Origin: a virus
Taxonomy: Duplodnaviria > Caudoviricetes
IMG/VR virus record: IMGVR_UViG_3300027732_001399
Span: 16,943-80,942 of that record
Strand: one strand, 5' to 3'
DNA length: 64,000 bases
The notes below the pieces were generated by a model. That model was not told the DNA's origin, ran no database searches, and saw only the letters and a program-made list of their open reading frames with translations. The position numbers were made by a program, and so were the translations under genes. Shown here in pieces: positions 39,050 through 48,721 of this stretch. The number at the start of each line of letters is the position of its first letter. Position 1 is the first letter of the stretch.

Positions 39050-41968
39050 TTAAATACCCCCTCTTTTTGATTTTTTAGTAATATAATCACCGGCTTTGCC
39101 TTTCCAATCGCTGGGTAATAATAATCTATCCTGACCCTGATTGCCAAAAGACGGCACACCGATGCCAAAGTTATAATACTCTGTAGTTGCCTTAACACCA
39201 TCATTGAATGTTTCGTACTTATTATAAGTTCCGGTTTTGACATCGAATCCTAGGCCGCTGGGATTGTTAACGGCGGCTGGGCCTGGACGCTGAGTATTAT
39301 TACGTTTCCAATCTTCTAATCCTCCGCTGCCGCTTTTTTGTAGTGCTTCTGCTGTCAGTGTTTCTGCTGGATACGGTTTATAATTAGAAATGCCTGCATC
39401 AGCATATGCTTCAATGGCTAATTTATTAGTATGTTCAAAATGAGCTTTTGTCTCGGCAATATATTGTTCTTTTGCCTTTGAGTATGCCATGTCTTTAGTT
39501 ACTTGTGGCGGCGTTTCTGTTAAGGAGTGTGCATTTGCTACCGGATCATTTACAACTGGGGGTGGATTATTTGCAATTTTTTCTCTATAGCTATTTAAAG
39601 CAGTTAGTACAGGCCCAGACGAGTTGTTAGCATCACCGCGAACAATACCAGCGGCTCCCATACCTTCTTTACCGGATAAATTATCTCTGGCGGCATCACC
39701 ATTTCGTTCTCGTTTTGCCTGTTCTCTTAATTCGGCAACTTTGTCTGCTTCCCTCACATCACTGTTTATTGCACTTGTCATAAACTGTTCAAATGTAACT
39801 TCACCTACTACCCCCTTGGGCAATATATAACTAGGTATAGTAAGATCTTTTCGTGCTTTTAGTTTTTGTGTCCATTTACCTTCTTTAAAAGAATTCGTCA
39901 CTGACCAAACTTGATAGATTCCGAGAATTTGATCTGTGGTATTAAACAGCATTGTATCATTGTTGTCCCAGTCTGTTGTAGGAGCTTGACTGTTAAAATA
40001 AAATAAGTTGGCACCTTTATAAAATTGTGCTTGGCCGTAGTCGCCCCATGCATTGACCCTGGTTCCCCAGTCTGGATCTAAACTTGGCATGTTGTCTTCG
40101 ATCAATGTTTTAATTTGTTCGTCATTGCTACTGGAAAACTCTATTTTTTCTAACTGGTTTTTACCCACTAACATAACGTTGGGCATTCCCAACCAATAAG
40201 GATCTGCTATTATTTCCAACTCCATGTCGATTAAATCTCTCGGCGCTAACAACACAGTAAAGATTTTTTCCATGAGCTTTTCGTTTTCTGCTTTTGCAAT
40301 ATCTATGTCTTCTCCGATTACATCCGGTTCCATTCTAGGTCTCAGACTGGAATAATTAACAGATAAAATTTCATTGTAAATTTTCTTAAAGTCTACGTCT
40401 TCTGCAAACTTTGGAGCCATTGTTTCTAATAACTCAGTTCTATTATTAATAGAATTGGTAGGCAGTACAGCTTTTTCTTTTGCTCTCAACGCATTTTCTT
40501 TTTCAAGTATGGCTGCATTAATTGTTTGTATGTATTGTTCTAATGCTTCCTTTCTTGCTTTGTCTGAACCTTTTCTATTAATCTCTTTATTAGCGGCTAT
40601 AGCACTTTGTTGAAGTTCTTTCAGTTCTTTTCTTGCGACTCCATTTTTATCATTTTGAACATACGGCGTAACATCTTTTCTATAGTTTTGTACATTCATT
40701 GCTCCTGGTCCGGTTGTTCCTCGATCTGTCCATATCACTGGAAAACTAGGCAAACTATAACTTTGATTAAACTGTAGATCTACTTTAATAATGTCTGTAC
40801 TCAAGCCTGTGTAGTTATGATAATATACTTTTCGCAGTAATCCTTCTTGAATATAATATGTCAGCTTGCTAATAACTTTGTCTTTGCTTGATTGTCTATT
40901 CAATAAATCGAGTTCGTCGGGATACTGATACATGTTTGGTTGATCAGCCAAGAATATTAAAAAAACATGTTTAACTGCGTAACGTCCTCGAATATAGTCA
41001 AAGTTTTTATTAACAGTATAGGTTTCAATTCTAAAAAATTGATATGGTTTACCCATGTTATCTTCAATGATTTTTTTATTAGCTTCACTGCTGCCGCTGG
41101 CGCCCTGTGGTTGTCCTTGAGTTTTACCAGGCAATAAATCAGAGACTTCTTTAGTACTCATTAATACTCGATTAATCCACGAAATAATAGTTGTACCTGG
41201 GCGAGCAGTGATGTCCCATTTTTGTTTACCAAAAAAGCTAAATGATTCTTTTATCGCCGGATCTGCTTTACCCTTACTGGTAAATGTAAATTTTTCTATG
41301 TCCGGTTGCACAAGGAAATGATATTCGTCATGAAAAGGATCAGTTTCTGCAGGATGGGCGCCGCCACCGTTACCTCCTGTACCTGCTTTTTGTCTTGCTT
41401 CTGCGTATCTGAATTCTTTGTTTTCTAATTCGATGCTAAGTTGTTCGAAGAAGTCTTTGACATTTTCTGCTTTGATTTTTGTAGTGTCTTTGATTGGTTG
41501 TACTAGATCGGTTTGACTGTGATGATTTGCATGAATAAACTTTAGTACATATTCACTGCCTTTTTCACTGACACTGCTTTTAACATCTGTGCTTATCAGC
41601 ATAATCGGCCAAACATATTTAAAAGGACTGTCCATTCCAGTGTCGCTGATAAAATCTTCAGCAAGTATTTCTATCTCTAACAAGAATCTTGCATCCAAGT
41701 GATTGTCACAGCCTATTTCAAAGGCGGCTGCTCTTATGTAATCAAAGAATGTAAATCCCATGGGTTCGAAGATTTTTAAATCTCCGTAGCCATTGTATGC
41801 TACACTTGTTTGGAAGTTAGGACTTACTAAGTTATCCCAATTAATTTCCCCCATGACAAATCTACCAGTGGCCGCAGTTTCTGCAATAACTACTCCAACT
41901 CGTGGATCTAAATTGTTTATGTTTTGTGGATTAACTATAGTTAATCTTGAATAGTATGTATGTGCCAT
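39050..41968 (-). CDS. Baseplate hub protein (gp27-like position)
   Basis: LKIFEPMG, DMELEIIADPYWL and GIYQVWSVTNSFKEGKWTQKL; lies between the gp5-like and gp53-like genes. Confidence 0.6.
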   Translation of the reverse strand: MAHTYYSRLTIVNPQNINNLDPRVGVVIAETAATGRFVMGEINWDNLVSPNFQTSVAYNGYGDLKIFEPMGFTFFDYIRAAAFEIGCDNHLDARFLLEIEILAEDFISDTGMDSPFKYVWPIMLISTDVKSSVSEKGSEYVLKFIHANHHSQTDLVQPIKDTTKIKAENVKDFFEQLSIELENKEFRYAEARQKAGTGGNGGGAHPAETDPFHDEYHFLVQPDIEKFTFTSKGKADPAIKESFSFFGKQKWDITARPGTTIISWINRVLMSTKEVSDLLPGKTQGQPQGASGSSEANKKIIEDNMGKPYQFFRIETYTVNKNFDYIRGRYAVKHVFLIFLADQPNMYQYPDELDLLNRQSSKDKVISKLTYYIQEGLLRKVYYHNYTGLSTDIIKVDLQFNQSYSLPSFPVIWTDRGTTGPGAMNVQNYRKDVTPYVQNDKNGVARKELKELQQSAIAANKEINRKGSDKARKEALEQYIQTINAAILEKENALRAKEKAVLPTNSINNRTELLETMAPKFAEDVDFKKIYNEILSVNYSSLRPRMEPDVIGEDIDIAKAENEKLMEKIFTVLLAPRDLIDMELEIIADPYWLGMPNVMLVGKNQLEKIEFSSSNDEQIKTLIEDNMPSLDPDWGTRVNAWGDYGQAQFYKGANLFYFNSQAPTTDWDNNDTMLFNTTDQILGIYQVWSVTNSFKEGKWTQKLKARKDLTIPSYILPKGVVGEVTFEQFMTSAINSDVREADKVAELREQAKRERNGDAARDNLSGKEGMGAAGIVRGDANNSSGPVLTALNSYREKIANNPPPVVNDPVANAHSLTETPPQVTKDMAYSKAKEQYIAETKAHFEHTNKLAIEAYADAGISNYKPYPAETLTAEALQKSGSGGLEDWKRNNTQRPGPAAVNNPSGLGFDVKTGTYNKYETFNDGVKATTEYYNFGIGVPSFGNQGQDRLLLPSDWKGKAGDYITKKSKRGGI

Positions 41969-42594
41969 TAATTGTCGCCTAATTTCAATAAAGGATTTAC
42001 TAATACACCAACATCCGACTTTGCTGGTCGAGGTCTTTTAGTACTACCTGGACCTGTTTTATTCTTTTCTTGTTCTCTTCTTTTGACTATATCATTAATA
42101 GCTGAATCGGGTGGCGCAGTTTCTGTCGCAGTAGCAGGTTTCCCGGGTCTATTTTTTTCAACTGTTGCTGTAGTGGTCAATAAGTTTCCGGAACCTTTTT
42201 CAAAACTAGCAATTCCTACGTCGTTTTTTGGATCAATAGGAACTCCGTTTTTTCTAACTTCGTAATGAACATGCGGTTGTTCATTGGCGCCAGTTGCTCC
42301 GCTATATCCCATTAATGAACCAGATGGTATTGTTTGACCAACTTTATAGCCGCCGGGATTGTTATCATCTAAGTGTCCAAACACATATTCTTTACTAGGA
42401 TCATTGGGGTCTTTTACATATAATGCTTTGCCATATCCCAGTTTTCCAGTGTCAATTACCCTGGATACTTTTAAATCTTGATTAGCATATATCGGACTAC
42501 CTACACCTGCTCGCAGATCAATGCCTTTGTGGTCCGAACTGCACGTCGGGCAAGGTGGTTTTCTTTTTCCAAAACCGGAAGTAATCACTGCCAT
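41968..42594 (-). CDS. M23 family peptidoglycan endopeptidase
   Basis: ITSGFG, HKGIDL (HxxxD), YG, FGHL and PHVHYEV (HxH) motifs intact. Confidence 0.92.
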   Translation of the reverse strand: MAVITSGFGKRKPPCPTCSSDHKGIDLRAGVGSPIYANQDLKVSRVIDTGKLGYGKALYVKDPNDPSKEYVFGHLDDNNPGGYKVGQTIPSGSLMGYSGATGANEQPHVHYEVRKNGVPIDPKNDVGIASFEKGSGNLLTTTATVEKNRPGKPATATETAPPDSAINDIVKRREQEKNKTGPGSTKRPRPAKSDVGVLVNPLLKLGDN

Positions 42595-42917
42595 TAGTTA
42601 ACTCCTGCGAGTTTTTCTAACAATGCAGTATCTCTAGGAACTAAAACTGTTAGTCCGGCTGTAAAATCCCAAATGGGATCTTTTATCAAATCTGCATTGG
42701 CTAGTGCAATCATCCACCAATATCTACTAGACCCGTATTGTTGATAACTGAATAAATCTATTCGGTTTTCACATTCAGTGGGAACTATTACATAATCACC
42801 GCTGGAAGTTGACATTACTGGAAGTTTTGCAACATCCAAATAAAAACTTCGATAGCGGCTGTCCCGTAGATAACTTTTTGTATCGTACATGGTACCAGAA
42901 AAATTTACAACTGCCAT
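42594..42917 (-). CDS. gp53: Baseplate wedge protein gp53-like (LysM-like)
   Basis: RIDLFSYQQYGSSRYWWMIALAN..DPIWDFTAGLTVLVP. Confidence 0.8.
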   Translation of the reverse strand: MAVVNFSGTMYDTKSYLRDSRYRSFYLDVAKLPVMSTSSGDYVIVPTECENRIDLFSYQQYGSSRYWWMIALANADLIKDPIWDFTAGLTVLVPRDTALLEKLAGVN

Positions 42918-42919
42918 GA

Positions 42920-43570
42920 TTAAATATATCCTTTGCTGTTTAACTTACCAGAAGCAAAATCTTCTAAATTAAAAGTATTAACAGTTTTATATAAGTTCTG
43001 TTGCACCAATAATCCAATGCTTATTGTAAAAAACACAGGAAGATAAATTTCTGTGTTGCGTACTACTTCCGAAACTTCACCTTCGGGAATGGCATTTGTT
43101 GGTACATTATTTTTTCTAACAGATTCAATGTCTTTGTATATATCACTGCTTGGATCTATTTTGCCTTTGACATAATCTACATCTTCGGGAAATGTCATAT
43201 TAAATTTACTTATGACCACAGGTATGTTATCAAATACTTGATTACCATAGGCAAAGAATCGTAGTATTCTGGGTGGTAGACCACGCAACGGATCAGTTCT
43301 ACCATAATTCATTTTTGTATATGTACGCAAGAATCTCAGCGCATACGCACTTAAATTGAAATGTTCACTGGTATGGGCACTGAACTTACAAGTCATATTG
43401 ATACTGGGATTTTCAGTTCTTCCATAGCCATATGTTTGATAGTTAGTGTGACTCATACCATAGCTATCGTATTTGACTTCTTGTCCGTATTCAATCTGAG
43501 GTGTATAAGGAAAATCTAACTTTTTTAGATTACCAACTGGATTTCTTGGTTGTAGATATACTGTACTCAT
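42920..43570 (-). CDS. Tail tube initiator / baseplate-tube cap (gp48/gp54-like)
   Basis: FPYTPQI, HTNY, GLPPRILRFFAYGNQVFDNIPVVI..F..PEDVDY. Start placed at MSTVY (43570). Confidence 0.65.
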   Translation of the reverse strand: MSTVYLQPRNPVGNLKKLDFPYTPQIEYGQEVKYDSYGMSHTNYQTYGYGRTENPSINMTCKFSAHTSEHFNLSAYALRFLRTYTKMNYGRTDPLRGLPPRILRFFAYGNQVFDNIPVVISKFNMTFPEDVDYVKGKIDPSSDIYKDIESVRKNNVPTNAIPEGEVSEVVRNTEIYLPVFFTISIGLLVQQNLYKTVNTFNLEDFASGKLNSKGYI

Positions 43571-43575
43571 ATCAT

Positions 43576-43583
43576 TATTTATA
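43576..43583 (-). promoter_or_regulatory. Late promoter TATAAATA for the hub operon
   Basis: Exact T4 late consensus 5 nt before the ATG at 43570. Confidence 0.7.
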
Positions 43584-43614
43584 GTGAAATAATGTATAGT
43601 TTTAATGAAAAGAC

Positions 43615-43644
43615 TTGACATCAGTAATAAAAATGTGTTATTAT
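43615..43644 (+). promoter_or_regulatory. Sigma70-type promoter for gp55-47-46
   Basis: TTGACA-18 nt-TATTAT with TGn; ATG 6 nt downstream. Confidence 0.6.
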
Positions 43645-43650
43645 TAGTCT

Positions 43651-44523
43651 ATGGCAACATCACAAGCAAACCCACTAGCAAAACAGTACTTGACCAACAA
43701 GGAATTGCTCAAAGAAATTCATTTAAGTAAAAATCAATATAGCAGTTATTCTAAACCAGAATACTCTGACTACGATTTAATTCTGCCTAGCGTAGATAAG
43801 ATTAATATCAGAACTATTGCTGATGCTAAACGAACTAAGGCACTACGTCTTAGTCAACTAGCACTAGCGGAAGCTCAAACAATTAATCCAAAAGCTAAAC
43901 TAGCAGAATTTGAAATTGATTATAAAAAAGTTCTTAAAATAGATGTAGTGTTTAGGATTATGACACACGATCATGTGCCTTTAGAACCTGGGCGCAAAAA
44001 GACTCCTAAGAACCGAGGTGATCATCACAGCAAATGTAACTTTCCTCCGTTCCAACATTTTAAATTCAGCACGGAAGATGGCGCTGGCAAAGATGATTTA
44101 ATCTGTGTAGGCAAGAGTCACTGGAAAGGCGACATGGATACTGGAGAATTTTGCTTAGACGGTAGCATAACAAAAAAACTAGCCAAGAGTTACATGTTAC
44201 TCTGCGAACGCTATAGTATGCGCTTTAACTGGCGTGGATACACTTACGTAGATGAAATGCGAAGTCAAGCATTGCTACAATTATCACAGATAGGACTACA
44301 ATTCGATGAATCAAAATCGCAGAACCCTTTTGCGTATTATACTGCCGCTATTGACAACAGTTTCACTCGCATACTTAATATTGAAAAGAAAAACCAAATG
44401 ATTCGAGACGACCTGTTAATTCAAACAGGCAGCAGTCCAAGTTTTACTAGACAGTTCGAACATGAAACAATGATGCGTGACGAGCGTGAACGTATCGCTA
44501 ATCTTAAAACAGAGGATTTCTAA
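43651..44523 (+). CDS. gp55: Late-transcription sigma factor (T4 gp55-like)
   Basis: YLTNKELL...NWRGYTYVDEM...FDESKSQNPFAYYT...RILNIEKKNQ; adjacent to gp47/gp46 as in T4. Confidence 0.85.
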   Translation: MATSQANPLAKQYLTNKELLKEIHLSKNQYSSYSKPEYSDYDLILPSVDKINIRTIADAKRTKALRLSQLALAEAQTINPKAKLAEFEIDYKKVLKIDVVFRIMTHDHVPLEPGRKKTPKNRGDHHSKCNFPPFQHFKFSTEDGAGKDDLICVGKSHWKGDMDTGEFCLDGSITKKLAKSYMLLCERYSMRFNWRGYTYVDEMRSQALLQLSQIGLQFDESKSQNPFAYYTAAIDNSFTRILNIEKKNQMIRDDLLIQTGSSPSFTRQFEHETMMRDERERIANLKTEDF

Positions 44524-45542
44524 TGACAGATATGTTTAAGAAGGCAGCAGTCTTCACTGACATTCATTTTGGCATGAGACAAAACAGCAAAGCCCACAAC
44601 GATGATTGTATGGGTTTTGTTAAATGGTTCTGTGCCGAAGCAAAAAAGCAGGACTGTGACACAGCAATCTTCATGGGTGATTGGCATCATCATAGAGCTA
44701 CTGTCAACGTCAGCACGTTGAACTACACAGTTGAAGCCGTGGATTATATCAGTAAACACTTTGAGCGTTTCTTTTTCATTGCCGGTAATCATGATTTATA
44801 CTATCGTGAAAAACGTGACTTGACAAGTATTCCATTTATCAGAAATCAGAAAAACGTAGTTTTAGTAAATGATATTTACACAGAGGGAGACATTAGTCTT
44901 GTTCCATGGTTAGTGGGCGAAGAATGGACCGGCATGAAGCGATTACAAAGTCGTTATGTATTTGGACATTTCGAACTTCCTAACTTTAAAATGAATGCCA
45001 ATGTTGCAATGCCGGATCATGGTGGATTAAATGGTGGACATTTTCCCAATCAAGAAAAAGTCTTTAGTGGACACTTTCATATGAGACAGCACAGTGGTAA
45101 CGTTAGCTATATTGGCAATGCCTTTCCGCACAACTATGCAGATGCATGGGATGATGACAGAGGTATGATGGTTCTTGAGCATGGTGGACAGCCCAAGTAT
45201 ATTGCTTGGCCCGATGCTCCGAAATTTAAAACTATTGATCTTACAAGATTGATTGATGATCCTACAAAATACATGGACGCTAATTCATTCCTGCGTGTTA
45301 CCTGCGATGCTGACATTAGTTTTGAAGAAGCAAACTTCTTAAAAGAAAGTTGGCAGGAAGAATATAAATTACGTGAGATTAGTTTGATTCCTGCCAAACG
45401 AGAAGAACATGCACAAGATTGGAGTGGCGATGTTCACTTCGAAAGTGTAGACCAAATTGTCGTACAACAACTTACAGCCATTGACAGTGAAGTTATAGAT
45501 CGACAAACACTGATTGACATCTACAACGGACTTCATGTATAA
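44523..45542 (+). CDS. gp47: Recombination endonuclease subunit (gp47, Mre11/SbcD-like)
   Basis: DIHFG, GDWHH, GNHD, GHFE and SGHFH metallophosphoesterase motifs. Confidence 0.93.
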   Translation: MTDMFKKAAVFTDIHFGMRQNSKAHNDDCMGFVKWFCAEAKKQDCDTAIFMGDWHHHRATVNVSTLNYTVEAVDYISKHFERFFFIAGNHDLYYREKRDLTSIPFIRNQKNVVLVNDIYTEGDISLVPWLVGEEWTGMKRLQSRYVFGHFELPNFKMNANVAMPDHGGLNGGHFPNQEKVFSGHFHMRQHSGNVSYIGNAFPHNYADAWDDDRGMMVLEHGGQPKYIAWPDAPKFKTIDLTRLIDDPTKYMDANSFLRVTCDADISFEEANFLKESWQEEYKLREISLIPAKREEHAQDWSGDVHFESVDQIVVQQLTAIDSEVIDRQTLIDIYNGLHV

Positions 45543-45551
45543 TACTAATTC

Positions 45552-47327
45552 ATGATTAAATTAAAAAACTTAACAGTAAAAAACTTTCTTTCAGTGGGCA
45601 ATGTGACCCAGGCACTAAAATTTGACCAGCATGGTCTTACTTTAGTTCTGGGTAATAATTTAGACCTTGGTGGTGATGGCAGTCGCAACGGCACTGGTAA
45701 AACTACCATTGTCAACGCACTGAGTTTTGTCTTATATGGCAATGCACTAACTAACATTCGTAAAGATAACTTAATTAACAAGACTAACAATAAACAAATG
45801 TTAGTTACCTGCGAGTTTGACTGTGAAGGACATAGTTATCGCATTGAACGTGGGCGTAAACCCAACGTACTTCGTTTTATTGTTGATGATAAAGAAGCTG
45901 ACAGTCTTGAAACTGAAGAACAACAGGGCGAGAACAAAGAAACACAGGCAGATATTGAACGCATACTTGGCATGGGTCATGATATGTTCAAGCATATTGT
46001 TGCCCTTAACACTTACACAGAGCCGTTCCTTAGTTTAAAGACCAATGATCAAAGAGATATCATTGAACAGTTGTTGGGTATTACCCAACTCAGTGAAAAA
46101 GCAACCTTGCTTAAAGATTTAATAAAGAACACCAAAGATGCAGTCAAAGAAGAAGAATATAGAATCAAAGCCATCGGCGACGCTAATACTAAAATTAAAA
46201 CGTCTATCGAAGATTTGGAACGTCGTAGTCGTTTATGGCAAACGAAACAGACGGACGATTTAGAAAAACTTGCAGCCAGTATCAATGAACTACTGAATAT
46301 TGACATTGCCATTGAACTTGAAAATCACAAAGCTCTTGCGCTGTGGTCTGCCAATGAAAAAGAATTAAAACGACATAATAAAGATTTAGCTACACATCAA
46401 AGTGCTATCAAAATATTAAAAAATAATTTATCGAAATTGGAAAGTGCTAAAACTAAAGCAGAAGCACACCAATGTCATGCATGTGGTCAGGATATTCATG
46501 ACAACAAGCAAGAAGAAATGATGTCAGAGATTGACGGTGCTGTTATTAGTCTTAAAGAAGACCTAGCTAAAGAGGAAACTGCATTAGCCAAAGTCACAGA
46601 AGACGTTGCCAGCTTGGGTAAGTTAGGCACAGCACCCACTGTTCGTTATAGTAACATTGATGATGCTGTTAATCATAAAAGTACATTAGAAACAGCACAG
46701 GATCAGTTTGAGCGCAGAGCATTGGACATTGATCCTTATATTGAACAAGCAGAGCATTTAAAAACCAGTGCTTTAGAAGATCTTAACTTTGACAGTATAA
46801 ATGGATTGACAAAGTTAAATGAACATCAAGAGTTTTTGCTTAAACTGTTGACCAGTAAAGATAGTTTTATTCGTAAGCGTATTATTGAACAGAACTTGAG
46901 TTACTTGAATCACAGACTGGCACATTATCTTGAAAAATTAAGTTTACCGCATGAAGTAGAATTCCGCAGTGACTTGGAAGTAGATATTACACAGCTTGGA
47001 CAAGAGTTTGACTTTGATAACTTGAGTCGAGGTGAGCGTAATAGACTTATTTTGGGTTTGTCATGGGCATTCCGAGATGTCTATGAAAGCCTAAATAGGC
47101 CAATCAATTTGTTGTTTATTGACGAAATGATTGACAGTGGTATGGACGCCAATGGTGTTGATAACAGTTTGGGTATTCTTAAAAAGATGGCTAGAGAAAA
47201 TCGGAAGAATATCTTCTTGATCAGCCACCGAGATGAACTGGTCGGGCGTGTAAATAACATACTACAAGTAGTAAAAGAGAATGGCTTTACAACATTCAAT
47301 ACAGATGTAGAAATGGTAGAAGCATGA
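45552..47327 (+). CDS. gp46: Recombination ATPase subunit (gp46, Rad50/SbcC-like)
   Basis: KNFLSVGN, Walker A NGTGKTT, CHACG zinc hook, LSRGE signature, LFIDE Walker B and ISH. Confidence 0.95.
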   Translation: MIKLKNLTVKNFLSVGNVTQALKFDQHGLTLVLGNNLDLGGDGSRNGTGKTTIVNALSFVLYGNALTNIRKDNLINKTNNKQMLVTCEFDCEGHSYRIERGRKPNVLRFIVDDKEADSLETEEQQGENKETQADIERILGMGHDMFKHIVALNTYTEPFLSLKTNDQRDIIEQLLGITQLSEKATLLKDLIKNTKDAVKEEEYRIKAIGDANTKIKTSIEDLERRSRLWQTKQTDDLEKLAASINELLNIDIAIELENHKALALWSANEKELKRHNKDLATHQSAIKILKNNLSKLESAKTKAEAHQCHACGQDIHDNKQEEMMSEIDGAVISLKEDLAKEETALAKVTEDVASLGKLGTAPTVRYSNIDDAVNHKSTLETAQDQFERRALDIDPYIEQAEHLKTSALEDLNFDSINGLTKLNEHQEFLLKLLTSKDSFIRKRIIEQNLSYLNHRLAHYLEKLSLPHEVEFRSDLEVDITQLGQEFDFDNLSRGERNRLILGLSWAFRDVYESLNRPINLLFIDEMIDSGMDANGVDNSLGILKKMARENRKNIFLISHRDELVGRVNNILQVVKENGFTTFNTDVEMVEA

Positions 47328-47557
47328 TGACAATAGAATCAAAAGCACTGGCAGCTATTAAAAAAGCCTGCGAAAAAACAGACGACGAAATTATTAATGC
47401 CGAATCATGGACCGAATTAAATTTCGATAGCTTGCAGACTGTGGAATTAATCATGCAAATGGAAGATCTATTTGACATTACCATAGATGATGAAGATGCA
47501 GAAAAATTAAAAAATTACAACGATTTAATAGCTTTTATAAAAGGAAAAATAGAATGA
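47324..47557 (+). CDS. acpP: Acyl carrier protein
   Basis: ELNFDSLQTVELIMQMEDLFDITIDDEDAEKL, with the phosphopantetheine-attachment DSL Ser. Confidence 0.88.
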   Translation: MMTIESKALAAIKKACEKTDDEIINAESWTELNFDSLQTVELIMQMEDLFDITIDDEDAEKLKNYNDLIAFIKGKIE

Positions 47558-47763
47558 CAGAAGAAATCACAACTCCGGTAAATACACAAGAAGAACTTGT
47601 TCGACAATTTCAATTGTATATCGAAGAAAACGAAAAGTTCACGACTAAGAAAGTTAAAGCAGCCGCTGGTCGTGCTCGTAAGGCATTGCAAGAAGTTTCC
47701 AAACTTGTCAAGCAACGTCGTAAAGAAATCACTGAAGAGAAAGCGGCGTTGTCAGTTAAATAA
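47554..47763 (+). CDS. Histone H1-like (Hc1-like) basic protein
   Basis: ENEKF..KKVKAAAGRARKALQEVSKLVKQRRKEI pattern of small Hc1-type proteins. Confidence 0.65.
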   Translation: MTEEITTPVNTQEELVRQFQLYIEENEKFTTKKVKAAAGRARKALQEVSKLVKQRRKEITEEKAALSVK

Positions 47764-47769
47764 AAACTG

Positions 47770-48198
47770 ATGACATGGCTTTACCAAGGTGCTTTAATAG
47801 AAGAACTTCCTGAGGACTGTGTTGGTTTTGTTTATCTCATTACCAACACAGTCACAGGCCGCAAATACATAGGCAAAAAATTGGCAAAGTTTGCAAAGAC
47901 AAATTATAAAGTTGTCAAGCAAAAAAATGGCATTAAAAAGAAAAAGAAGATTCGTTCAAAGGTCGATAGTGACTGGAGAGATTACTACGGGAGTAGTGAT
48001 GAATTATCTAAAGACGTTACCACACTAGGCAAAGAAAATTTCACTCGTGAAGTTTTACACTACTGCACATCCAAGGCTCATACTTCATACTTAGAAGCAA
48101 AAGAACAATTCGATAGAAAAGTTCTTGAAACAACAGATTACTACAATGGCCAAATATCCGTTCGCGTCCACGGATCACATATCATAAACAGAATTTAA
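47770..48198 (+). CDS. GIY-YIG family endonuclease
   Basis: GFVYLITNTVTGRKYIGKK, DYYGSS, FTREVL, YLE and YYN motifs. Confidence 0.8.
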   Translation: MTWLYQGALIEELPEDCVGFVYLITNTVTGRKYIGKKLAKFAKTNYKVVKQKNGIKKKKKIRSKVDSDWRDYYGSSDELSKDVTTLGKENFTREVLHYCTSKAHTSYLEAKEQFDRKVLETTDYYNGQISVRVHGSHIINRI

Positions 48199-48721
48199 AT
48201 CGGCAACAGCCCAAAGACACTACTGATAATGCCTGTACCGGCAAGTTAAACAAGGTACCCAATAACTGGACTCCGTGTCGCAGGGAAGGAACTTCTGAGC
48301 AGTAGCAGAGACATGATTGCCACTATCCTTAACAGGACGCAACACTGGGTTTGAAACGTGTTGGCAAATGTATTGTATGACCAAAAAGAGTAGGCTCTGC
48401 TGAGTCATTGCAACCTACATGAATCAATGTGTTTATCTATTGGCTATTTGATTTTGCGTTATATAGAAGAGCTACATAAAAAGGTACAGCGTAACCGCCT
48501 TTACTAGAGATAGTTGTAGTAGTAGATTACGATAATGGGCCTCCGACAGGATTTTTCCAATTTTTACTTTTCGTCCTTAACAGGGCGAAGTACGACTGCA
48601 AAACCTTGACAAGTATATATAAGAAGAACAATTGATAACAATGAACTACGTTAATAAAAAGAATTCTAAGATTTGTGTTTTACTGTAAGTAAAAGGTAAA
48701 TCTTGTTGTTCTACGAACAAC
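48199..48721. ncRNA. Candidate structured non-coding RNA or cis-element (about 520 bp)
   Basis: The only long gene-free stretch in the window. Multiple stems: two CCT-TAAC-AGG hairpins, gtagg/cctac, aaagg/ccttt, ttttact/agtaaaa, gttgttc/gaacaac. Confidence 0.45.

Noticed and set aside
32274-47327. Inteins or introns in ligase, gp47 or gp46
   Set aside because: Protein lengths are normal and no intein C/S...HN motifs or frame breaks were seen.
48199-48721. tRNA, tmRNA, RNase P or group I intron; ORF 48220..48408
   Set aside because: No T-loop GTTCGA/CCA end, no RNase P GAGGAAAGUCC and no interrupted host gene; the short ORF lacks an RBS and protein-like features.
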